Under the pieces are notes generated by a model. That model had not been told where the DNA came from and made no database searches. It saw only the letters and a list, made by a program, of their open reading frames with translations. The position numbers and the translations under genes are program-made. Source: Selaginella moellendorffii (taxonomy: Eukaryota > Plantae > Lycopodiophyta). Taken from it: 64,000 bases of DNA. The DNA is taken from contig NW_003314328.1 in NCBI RefSeq assembly GCF_000143415.4, forward strand, positions 895,889-959,888, given 5' to 3'. Positions 49,124-59,678 of the stretch are shown one piece after another (the stretch's first letter is position 1; each line of letters begins with the position of its first letter).

Positions 49124-52050
49124 ATGGCGGTGGAGGCGATGCGCTTGCCCAGGGCGGTGTCGCTGCGGCCTGCGCAGAGATCTTCCAAGCTCGGCACCAG
49201 CTACATTCAGGTATATCTGTTTCTCTTATCGATCGATCGGTGATTCCTGTTTGTTTTGGCAGATTTTAGGGACTGGAATGGAAATGCCCAGTGTTTTGCT
49301 CTTTTTTGATAACAAGCGCTTCATCTTCAATGCTGGAGAGGTACTTACGTGCCGCTTTTGTGACATAGAAAGGATTTGAAAGGTATTTTTTATTGCAGGG
49401 AATGCAACGTTTTTGTGTGGAGCACAAGATTAAACTTTCAAAGGCAAACTTATAGAAATTCTCAAGGGACTGGCTTTTGATTCTTGTTGTTTAGATTGAC
49501 CATATTCTTTTCACTCGGGTTTGCTCTGAGACTTGCGGTGGTCTTCCTGGTAATCGTTTTTCTTTCTTTCTTTCCTTTCTTTGGGTCTAGATTCGATTGA
49601 TTTTCTTAGCAGTATGCTGCTGCAGGGGCCTTACTGACGCTCGCTAGAGATCTCGAGGCGACGGTAACGATTTTCAGTCCTTGGAGACTGAAGTAAAAAC
49701 ACCGGTTTTTTTCAGGTAAATATATGGGGTCCCTCTAAGCTTCAGTTCTTACTGAATGCCATGTCTACGTTTATCCCGAACTCTTCAATTCTACATGCGC
49801 ACATCTTTGGGTCTGATACGATGCCTCAAGGAGGAACGATTATCGATGACGATGCTGTTAAAATATCCGGCACTCTTCTTCAACCTTGCAGTGGCAAGAA
49901 CTGCGAAGGTACTATTCTCCTAGTGGTTTGCATTTTAGTTCGTAACAGCTCTATATAATCCTGTGTAGAAAAAGAGCCTTCCGTAGTCTACGTTTGTGAG
50001 CTCCCTGAAGTGAAAGGTAGATTTGATCCAGCAAAAGCAGTGAGTTTGGGATTGCAGCCAGGGCAAAAATATGGACTGCTTCAAAGGGGTATGACTGTGG
50101 AAACAGATGATGGTGCACGGACTGTAAGCTAGCTTTGTTCATTCCTTTCGCTGGCTTATCAGATTTTTTTTTGTCTCAGATTCATCCAGACGACGTGATG
50201 GAACCGTCTACTTCTGGACCAGTCTTCGTCGTTGTAGACTGTCCAACAGTCTCTCATATACCGGCTTTAACTTCTGCAGCATCATTGGAAGCATTGTATT
50301 CTTCTCCAAGAACCAAAGCAGAAGTGGTATGTGTCGTGCATCTTAGTCCTTTACCTGTGGTCGAAGATGCTGGATACAGCTGCTGGATGACAAAGTTTGC
50401 AGCTGCGCAGCATGTACTTGCAGGTCCTGGCTGGTAAGCGATCTTTCATGTCAGTGCTCCTCTTTTAATCTTTGTTTTTGTTCATATGCATAGTTGCAGG
50501 AGCAAAACGAGATGCCCGATTTTCAAGTCAAGTGCTTTGCTGTTGGCAAAACTGAATATGGTTTGTCCGCGGGTTTTTCCGTTCAATCTTGGAGTGGATA
50601 AAAGCGACACAAAGTTTTCAGAGGTAAACCATTCCCCTGTTTCTATCAGCACTGAACTCACGTGTTGTTATTGTAGAATTCACGCGTTGTGGCTGCTCAC
50701 AACCTTCTCAAGGCAAGTAAACAACTTGCCAACCTTTTGTTTTATGATGGTTGTGTGCTCATCAGTTCCAGCTTCTACCTTTGCCTCTTCTGGGCTTGGA
50801 GAAATCCCCTGCCGTAGAAGATTTCAATCTCGAAGCCATCCAAACAGAGTTTCTCAATGAAATTCCAGAGCTGCTATCTATCAAACAGGACGTGAAGCTA
50901 TTATACGATGAGAACGCTTTGACGACGACGGCTCCAGCATGTATAAGCTCCAAGGCAGATGACTTGGAGATAGTTTTCTTGGGGACGGGATCTATGCACC
51001 CGTCCAAGCATCGAAACGTCAGTGCCATATACCTTCATCTTTTTGAGCGTGGAGGAATGCTCTTGGATTGTGGAGAAGGCACGTATGGACAGCTGAAGAG
51101 AAGGTACTTTTCTATAGTTTTATTGTTCTACTACGTACTTTTCTTTCCCTAAAACTTAATGTTCATAGATATGGGATCCAAGGCGCCGATTCGGTCCTAG
51201 CCAATCTGAAGTGCATTTGGATTTCTCACATCCATGCTGATCATCAGAGCGGACTTACACGCATACTCACGGCTCGCAAGGCCCTTTTACAAGCTCAGGG
51301 AAGAGTTCAGCCAATCCTGGTGATAGGACCAATGTTCCTCAGGCGCTACTTGACGGCTTACGAGAGACTAGAAACTCTGGCAATGGATTTTCTAGATTGC
51401 AGTCAAACAACCATCGCCGCCGGCTCATACAACTCAAAGTTCCGCGACACCTTAAGTCTGCTATGCGGAGGGAAGAGAAAGCACATTGACACTGGCGAGA
51501 CGGGGTATGATTTAGCAACAGGACTTGACGAAACTGGCCGGAAGAAACTGGATCAAGTGCTGCAGGAGCTCGGCTTAACGTCACTGCTAAGCGTTCCCGT
51601 GATACACTGCGCTCACTCCTTCGGAATCGTTCTAGAGTCGGCTCAAAGTGGCTGGAAGTTCGCTTTCTCGGGTGATACAAGGCCCTGTGACGCATTTGTG
51701 GAAGCTGCAAAGGGCGCTACGATCTTTGTCCACGAGGTAAGCTCGTTACCAAAGCTCTTTCTTTTCTCAAGAATTTGTTCCAGGCTACGTTCGATGACGG
51801 CTTGCTCGCGGAAGCTCTCGAGAAAAACCACAGCCTGACTTGTGAAGCAGTCCAGGCCGGGGCAGCTGCTGGAGCTTACAGGACGATTCTCACGCACTTC
51901 AGCCAGCGCTATCCTCAGATCCCAGTTTTCGACGCGAGCTACAACGACAGAACTTGCATTGCGTTCGACATGATGAGCGTCAACTTGGTGGATTTGCCGC
52001 TGCTCCCAAAGTTGGTCCCGGTGATGAAGCTCATGTTTAAGGAAGAATGA
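49124..52050 (+). CDS. TRZ: Long-form tRNase Z (ELAC2/TRZ-L), multi-exon
   Basis: [70 protein letters not shown]. Confidence 0.93.
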
Positions 52051-52288
52051 ATGTACTATACGTGAATCCATCCTCCAGGGAGGAGCGAGAAGGGAAGATG
52101 GAAGCCACCGCCACAAATGTTACTAGCACAAGCGGGGGACCCAAGACTTTCAAGGCTGATTTCTCCAGGTTTGTCAGGTTTTAAGGAGCTGTATGGATCT
52201 ACTCGACGTTGAAAGCAACTTGGTTTTCAAGGATAAGTTGGTACCCAAGCTATCTCTATATCGTTCAAGGTATTGTTTCATTCCTTGG

Positions 52289-52349
52289 AGGAGAGGCAAT
52301 TCACACGAACAGGCTGCTGCTAGGAGAGGCAATTCACACGAACAGGCTG
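52289..52349 (+). repeat. 28-bp direct repeat x2 (period 33)
   Basis: aggagaggcaattcacacgaacaggctg at 52289 and 52322. Confidence 0.85.
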
Positions 52350-52593
52350 AGCAGCAGAGACGAGTAACGCATTCTCATCTCTCGTGAATAGAATGAACAA
52401 GAGCTCGGACCATGCTTTTGTTGGTGTATGTTTCTCATTCTATTTTATTCTGGATTGAAATAATCAATGGATTTCTCTTTTGGACGCGATCACTTTATCT
52501 TCTCTGTTGGTTTGGTGGTGGTGTAGATTCTCTTCAAAAAATATCTTCATACTTTTTTTGTGCAGTGTCGTCTTCATTGAGGAAGGCCCAGCC

Positions 52594-53867
52594 ATGGCTA
52601 CTGATGGTGAGATCTCCCACCGCTTCGTGGAGACGAATGGAATCAAGATGCACATCGCCGAGGCGGGATCGCCAGGTTCTTCGTGGGTTTTTTCCTTTGG
52701 TTTGGCACTGATTTGAGGAAAACTCGCAGGAAATCCTGTTGTGCTGCTGCTGCACGGCTTCCCGGAGCTGTGGTATTCGTGGCGGCACCAAATGCCGGCT
52801 CTGGCCGCTGCTGGTTACCGTGTTGTGGCTCCTGACCTTCGAGGCTTTGGCCAGACTGACGCACCCCACGGCATGGAGAAGTATACGAGCCTCCATATTG
52901 TGGGTGATCTTGTGGGACTGCTCGACGCCTTGGGCGAGGAAAAGGTCGGCCATTTTCCTCATTCTTTCACTCCTCGACCTTGGAAGTTTGCTTGTTCTTT
53001 TCCAAAGATGCTTGACTTGATTTGGGTGTGTGATCTAAGACTTGATTTCATGTGTTGTGAAGGTCTTTGTCGCTGGACATGACTGGGGGGCGATCATTGC
53101 CTGGGACGTGTGCCTGTTTCGACCGGATCGAGTCAAGGCACTGGTTGCTCTGAGCGTTCCATACTCGCCCAGGAATCCCAAACACAGTTTCAGCCAATCT
53201 CTCAAGCGCGTACTGGGAGAAGGATACTATTTTTCACGCTTCCAGGTAGAGCAAAACCACCTTTTTATCAGTCAAGTGTGTTGTGTGATACATTGTTTAT
53301 GAGATTGTATTCTCAGGAACCAGGAAGGCCAGAGGCTGATTTTGCTCGCTTTGACGCCAAGACAGTGGTGAAGAAAATGCTCTTGAATAGCAAAGGGGAG
53401 GTCTTGGTTGCTCCTAAAGACAAGGAAGTCATGGACATACTCGAGGAACCCACTGAGCTGCCTCCATGGATTAGCGAGGAAGAACTTGACTATTATGCCC
53501 AAGAGTTTTCTCGCACGGGATTTACCACTGGCCTCAATTACTATCGAGCAGCAAACTTGTAAGTTGTGGATCGATTTGTATCCTCTCCATCTTGTGACAA
53601 TGTTCTCCATTTTCTCCTAGATCATGGGAGCTCAAAGCTCCTTGGACAATGGTGAAGATCAGCGTGCCAGCCTTGTTCGTGACCGGGGACCGTGACCTGG
53701 TTTACTGCACGCCTGGGATCCGGGATTACGTCGACAAAGGTAGATTGAAGGCCGACGTTCCCAATCTCAAGGAGACGATTGTGTTGTCGTCTGGCCACTT
53801 CATGCAGCAAGAGAGCGCTGGAGAGGTGAATAGCATTCTCGTCAGCTTCTTTGGAGAAATCATATAA
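52594..53867 (+). CDS. Soluble epoxide hydrolase, alpha/beta-hydrolase (exons 52594-52675, 52730-52944, 53063-53245, 53317-53558, 53621-53867; 322 aa)
   Basis: HGFPELWYSWRHQ, GHDWGA nucleophile, NYYRA, GDRDLV, GHFMQQE; exon phases sum in frame. Confidence 0.94.
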
Positions 53868-54657
53868 CCGAAGCTTTTTTGTGCATTAAGTTTCCATGAA
53901 TATATGTTATTTTAGAACTCCAAAACTCTCATCCTCACATTCGAGGAACAAACTAAATGACAAAATACCGGATGGACAAGCTCAAAGTCTTGGCCATCCA
54001 CCTGGGACATGCTTCTATCCACGTAACCACTAAAGGTGGACACCTTGAGCATGGGTCCTGCTGAGATGCGACTGAGAAAAACCATTTCTTAGCTCAAAAT
54101 TAAGCTCAATTTCAGCTCAAAGTCAACAGCAGTCAAACACAATCTAGACTTTCATGAAATTTTTACTGGACTTCTGTGGACTTTTTATTGATTAACATTG
54201 ACCTGCGCTAAGTGGTGCACTGTCCAGGCTCATCCAAGACATCAAAATATTTTCTAAAATTAGATCCCTTGGTCACTCATCCGGGTTTTGCATAGAACAG
54301 AGTAATAAACAAATGTGACACTATTTAGAGAAGGTCCACTGTTTGCATCTCTAAAGCAGCCTCGTCATGGCCAAGCTTGCATACCCCTAGATCTTGTCGT
54401 TCATGAAACAACTTATTTTCACCACCACTTTTCTTTGTCCACAAATCAATTGTAGAAGTGTTTCTTTAATCTTCTCAGCTTATAGGTTCAAAATTTGCGT
54501 TTTATTAGTTTCTCAGAACATGGTGCTCAAAGTGGTCTTTGTTGTATTTCAAAAAAGAGGAGCGAAAGCCTCGTCATGAGATTGTAACATATTTCGTTCC
54601 TTAAAATTATTCGATAGGTTGCTTCGACAGCTCTTGGCATCACCACTTGATGCAAGT

Positions 54658-56193
54658 TTAAAGATGTTTCGAAGAACACACTAAATCGAGGAGTTCAAAA
54701 TCTCGGCCATCAGCCACACCAGGTATACCATGGGACATGCTTATCAAAGTGTATCCACTCTCGCTGGGTATCCACCTCGGCTCCCCCCCAAAGTGGACAC
54801 CTCGAGCATGGATCCTGCGGAGATGCGACTGGATCACGTCGCGCTTCATGTCCATGCGCCGCGAGCTTAAATCCCCACTCGTCGACACGTCCGTGAAAGT
54901 CACGAAGCAAAGGGTGGCGCCACGGACGAAGCCATAGCCGAGCATGACGGGGATCGCGTCTCCCTGCAAGTCGCGCAGCCGCATGTACACGTCCACCTCC
55001 CGGACAAACTTTCTCAGATAAGAATCGGTGTCCATGCGAAGGCTGCTCGTCAAGTCCCTCAGCCGGACAAGCACGGGCTTGCCACGGAACTCTGCCTTAA
55101 GTAAGATCCGGCCCCTGTCCCTGTTGTGCGAGAAGAGGCTGGCCTGGCCTAGCTCCGCCAGATCGTCCCACCATGCAAGCTTGGCGACGAGCTCATCCAC
55201 GTTTGCCACCTTTCGCTCCTTGGACAGCTTCCGGAGCCTCGCAAGGATTGGCAGGCGATCAAACGGCCGAGGGCCGATGCTTACAAACGGTGGAGCTCCG
55301 AGATCTCTAGCATCAGCAGCGATCTCACCGTCGAAGCTCTGTCCCAGCCATGCAGCGAAAGCGCAGGCCTTGAGAGCGTTGCCACTGTTGTAGAGAACCG
55401 GGGGCGAGATCCACACGCGTCCTTTCACGCCAGGCAGCCTCTTACACACGAACGTCTTGGCGTAAGACGAGACGATCCCAAAGTAACAGCCCGTGAGCAG
55501 CATATAAGAGTAGAGCCTCGCAACTTGGATCTCCAGGCTGCTGTTTTTCTCGTCAAGATCCATAGCCATCACACCGACGAGCGAAACCTCGCGTTTTTCT
55601 GGACAGATCGCCGACTTCACCGTGTCGGTGGCATCCGGGTAGCAGCAGAACGCGACGCAGCAAGTCCCCCGGATCTGGCCCGACATAAGGAGCAGTCCGA
55701 GCAGCACGGTGCGGAAGTTCCCGGCAGGCGATGGATCCGGAGCGACTCGATCATCCGGCTGCCGCCGGGTCCATTCTTCCATCTCTCCGTGAAATGACCA
55801 CCAGCAGTGCATCTGAAAGTCGAGCGGGCAGAGCTCGGCGAGCGGTGGCGGAGAAACGTTGGCGTAGGTGCGGATCACTTGCTCGGGGAGCTCGGGCAGC
55901 GGGGCCTGGACATACTCCTTCCACGCCAGCGGGAGGTTGTCCGACCACTCCACGAAGACGTCCATGGAAACACTCCATGATTCTTCCAAGTCGGCCTGGA
56001 CGGGATTGATCGCTGTGGGCTGCACAAAGACCATGTCTTGCCAGTGCTGGGGAAGAAAAGCGAATGGCTCTTGGGCAGGTTGCGCAGGTCCCAGCTTTAG
56101 GGGCTCCGCGCTTAGAGATGGGTAGCTTAGAAAGCTTCCTCTTACCTTTGGCGATGGGAGTTCCAGCATGGTAGGCAGCGCAACGTCTTCCAT
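54658..56193 (-). CDS. Intronless ~511-aa protein: degenerate PD-(D/E)xK (Crinkler-REase-like) domain plus C-terminal pseudokinase
   Basis: Long GC-rich ORF. QVARLYSYMLLTGCYFGIVSSYAKTFVCKR...VWISPP; kinase-like VLVR..REVDVYMRLRDLQGDAIPVMLGYG...HLRRIHARGVHFGG, lacking the catalytic Asp and DFG. Paralog at 9042-9868. The domain call is from motif recognition only. Confidence 0.75.
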   Translation of the reverse strand: MEDVALPTMLELPSPKVRGSFLSYPSLSAEPLKLGPAQPAQEPFAFLPQHWQDMVFVQPTAINPVQADLEESWSVSMDVFVEWSDNLPLAWKEYVQAPLPELPEQVIRTYANVSPPPLAELCPLDFQMHCWWSFHGEMEEWTRRQPDDRVAPDPSPAGNFRTVLLGLLLMSGQIRGTCCVAFCCYPDATDTVKSAICPEKREVSLVGVMAMDLDEKNSSLEIQVARLYSYMLLTGCYFGIVSSYAKTFVCKRLPGVKGRVWISPPVLYNSGNALKACAFAAWLGQSFDGEIAADARDLGAPPFVSIGPRPFDRLPILARLRKLSKERKVANVDELVAKLAWWDDLAELGQASLFSHNRDRGRILLKAEFRGKPVLVRLRDLTSSLRMDTDSYLRKFVREVDVYMRLRDLQGDAIPVMLGYGFVRGATLCFVTFTDVSTSGDLSSRRMDMKRDVIQSHLRRIHARGVHFGGEPRWIPSESGYTLISMSHGIPGVADGRDFELLDLVCSSKHL

Positions 56194-56606
56194 GGCGCTC
56201 AATTTTCTTAGGGCAGAGAGAATATACTAAACATGAGCTTTTAATAAAACCAAAATAAAGAATATATGAATGAATATTCGAAAAGATAAATATTATTTAG
56301 ACCAGCTCAGACATTGTTTAGCGGCTCAATACAACGTACAAATATTCTCGTTTATTCACACGATTCTGACCGTAGTATCTTATGAGTATCTTTTATAATG
56401 ACGGGCCATAGAAAAAATCACACAGGCATCGCCCTGAACTTTCTACGGCACCCTGAAACACGCATTTCTGCTCGTATAGTATGGATATTCTTAAATAAAA
56501 TATTTGTTCCCAAATGACAACATGACACGTAGAAAAGCTTGCCTTTTATTCTAATCAAACCCTTTTAAGGTGTAACAGGAATTTGTAACGGGGTTTTTTG
56601 GACAAC

Positions 56607-57215
56607 GGTCACCTCACTCGGTCACTCTCTCCACCAAGTACTCCCTAGCATAGTACTACCTTAGGTCCAGCAAGGTAGAAAGATTGCCAGTTAGAAAAAT
56701 GACATTACATGGTCAAAAAATGTTAAGTGTAGAGCGAATGGTCACCTCACTTAGTCACTCTCTCCACCAGGTACTCCCTAGCTTAGTACTACCTTAGGTC
56801 CAGCAAGGTAGAAAGATTGCCAGTTAGAAAAATGACATTACATGGTCAAAAAATGTTAAGTGTAGAGCGAATGGTCACCTCACTTAGTCACTCTCTCCAC
56901 CAGGTACTCCCTAGCTTAGTACTACCTTAGGTCCAGCAAGGTAGAAAGATTGCCAGTTAGAAAAATGACATTACATGGTCAAAAAATGTTAAGTGTAGAG
57001 CGAATGGTCACCTCACTTAGTCACTCTCTCCACCAGGTACTCCCTACCTTAGTACTACCTTAGCTCCAGCAAGGTAGAAAGATTCCCAGCTAGAAAGACA
57101 TGTGGAGTTTGTCACCTCACTCAGTCACTCTCTTCACCAAGTACTCCCTAGCTTAGTACCACCTTAGGGTAGAAAGATTCCCAGGCAGAAAAATGATATT
57201 AAGAATGGTCAAAAA
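56607..57215. repeat. Tandem array of a 133-bp unit (~4.5 copies)
   Basis: ggtcacctcac...gtcactctctccacca starts at 56607, 56740, 56873 and 57006, with a diverged copy at ~57111. The central copies are essentially identical. Confidence 0.95.
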
Positions 57216-58045
57216 CGTTTTTGACCGGCTAGTATATAAGTCCATGTGGTCACCAGCACAGTAGACGACTTTCCTGCTTAGCAACTTGCTTTATGCGTTT
57301 GTGACTTTTCAGCTTCTCTTTGTTTTCTAGTCATAGCATTGTCGTGGAGGGCAGAGTCTTCCTGTTAGACGAGCTTAGTAGCACACACCAATCGTCACCT
57401 TAGATCAGCTCTCTGTTTTGAGCAAGCTTCTGGTCTGAGCGTCTCTCGCATCTTCTTTCTTCCGACTGCCAGTCGCTTCTGGGCGCTCGCTCAGCAGGTC
57501 GTTTGCCAATGTCGAAGACATTGTGTAACTGACTTTGTTCTGGATTTATAGGTTCACGGAACAGCTGGAAATCGGTTTCCCACTTTTATTTGTGATCAAG
57601 CAGGCTGTCTGGATCTTTTGCTTTATCACGGCGGGCGGCAGGCGAGAGCAACATACAGTATTGATCAACGATACCAGGTACTCTGAATATGGCGAAGACA
57701 TTTGTTGTTTTTTCAAACGCATTGACTTTCTTCTTTTCTTTTCTAGATTAAACAGGCCGTAGACTTGGTTATACTCTGCTGGAAATTGGCGCTAAGCACT
57801 GCTCTCTCTTGCGCGCGCGCGCGGTGTGTGAAAACTAACTCTCTCTCTCTCTCTCTCGCGGTGTGTGATTGGTTGGTCGATTTCAACCTTTCTAGCATCT
57901 TGCTCTGTATCTTCCTTGCGTGTTTGGTTATTTTGTTCCTGCTTAGATCGCTTTGTGCCTAAAATCTCTGAGAGGTTTCTCCCATGCTTATTTTCTTGCT
58001 AGAAGCTGACTGAATATTTGTGCAGTTGAGATCTCTCATTGCATC

Positions 58046-59122
58046 ATGGAAACAAGGAGCAGGAAAAGGCAAAGTTTAAGCATTGGATCCACAAGTGATA
58101 ATACTCAAGTGACCCAACAAGCATTAACTCCATTTCACGAGGCATTAATTAATATTTCTATTCCTAAGCAATGCTTCAAAACCCCAAACAGCTCCACAAG
58201 GTAAGTATTTTTTTTTTAACAATGCTTTTCTAGTTATTGGGTTTTCATCTTAGGAATCCAAATTTAACTCTCACTCAGATTGAAACGCTTGAAGCTAATC
58301 ACATTAATCCTTATGAAGAGCTTCAATTTGTAAATGATTGGGATGGTTGTGATAATCTAGTTGATGATCTTCTTAAACAAAGCAAACGAGTTCTTAGTGA
58401 TTTTGAGGTAATTATTTTTTTATTTTTCTCAATTGACTAATTATTTACTATAGGTTCCAAATATTCAAACTTATATACTACCACTTGTGGATGAAGAAAG
58501 CATAAGATGTTTTCTTCATCCTTATTTTGGATTAAGCTCAATTGGTGCTCAAGAATATTTTCTAAGGACATCAAATATTAATCTTAACTTGGGATGGACG
58601 ATTATATCTGAGCAAAGTATGGGATATACTTTTTATTTAAAACCTGATTTTGGTTTATTCACCCAAAGGATAATGGCTAGATCTAATTTCACACATTTTA
58701 TTCCTGGATATTCAATAGCCGAGGGTAAAATATTTAAAAATATTGCCCATGGTAAGCATTTGTTTTCTCTTGAAATTTATAAGTGCTAATATATTTTTAC
58801 AGATGAAAATACAAGTCTCTCTTATTTATTTGAAGTAAGAACGGAAACAGCAGGTGCTCTTAATCAAATTTATAGATATATGCTTTACAACAAAATGACT
58901 TATTCAACTCTTGTAACTGATAAATGTATTTGGTTATTAAAAAAAGTTGGAAAAAATCTCGAGGTAAAACAAAACTTTAAGTTTCAATTTTCTTGTATTA
59001 ATACATTTGATTTTCTGTTTCAGGCAAGTAGAGGGTATAACATCAATGATAAGCACATCAAAATGACAGAAGCCTTTTACGCTTTAAGCTTACTATCTGT
59101 AAAATCGGAGCTTAAGCTGTAG
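58046..59122 (+). CDS. AT-rich 5-exon gene, 288 aa, putative PD-(D/E)xK restriction-endonuclease-fold protein (exons 58046-58200, 58254-58407, 58454-58751, 58803-58963, 59024-59122)
   Basis: All four introns are GT-AG and 46-60 nt; the 867-nt spliced frame has no stops. Motifs DEESIR, KPDFGL, IAEGK, ALNQIYRYMLYNKMTYSTLVTDKCIWLLKK. Confidence 0.8.
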
Positions 59123-59196
59123 AAACACTTCTAATAAATAGTTTAGTTTTCATCAAAGTCTCGCCATTCCTTATCTTCGTGACTTGGTTCTTGACG

Positions 59197-59549
59197 ATGC
59201 AAGCGATAACTCCTAGCGAAGCAGCGGGATTTGCTGTGGGCGGCCTTCTCCTCGCCGCTGCTCTTGCGGCCCCGAGAGTGGACAATTACATTGCCCGCTC
59301 ACAGCGAAGGTATCAATCCTTTCTCTTCTCAAAGTCTTGTTTGTAAAATGCAAGCTCAGATCTCTCGGGCTCTGTGAAGACTGCGGTGGATTGAAGAAGA
59401 AGGCTTGCGGGAAATGCAAAGGCCGGGGGGAGCTAAGACCCCAGCTCGCAATCTTCGATCAAGGCGCCACGGGAGAAAAGTGTAGAGAATGTATGGGTCG
59501 AGGCTACTTTCCATGCACTGCCTGCTCAGCTTCCCAAGCTCCGAAGTGA
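59197..59549 (+). CDS. DnaJ-type cysteine-rich zinc-finger protein (exons 59197-59309, 59360-59549; 100 aa)
   Basis: Hydrophobic segment, AAPRVD.YIARSQRRSLG, and CxxCxGxG-like repeats. Confidence 0.85.
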
Positions 59550-59678
59550 AAATCTCACTGAATTAACATAGCCAGCTGCTCAAGAACAAAGCTCGTGTTC
59601 TATCGCTCAAGGCCTATCCACAAGAGCACACAGCACAGTCAGTTGTGAATGACCAGTGGCGGGAGTTTTTCTACCTGG

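Noticed and set aside
53953-54296. Possible MITE with imperfect TIRs (caaaataccggatg / catccgggttttg)
   Set aside because: The inverted match is short and imperfect, with no convincing TSD.
56607-57215. CRISPR-like array beside a nuclease gene
   Set aside because: Units are contiguous near-identical 133-mers with no unique spacers, and the context is eukaryotic.
57800-57870. (CT)n(GC)n(GT)n microsatellite
   Set aside because: Ordinary simple repeat in a probable 5' UTR or intron.
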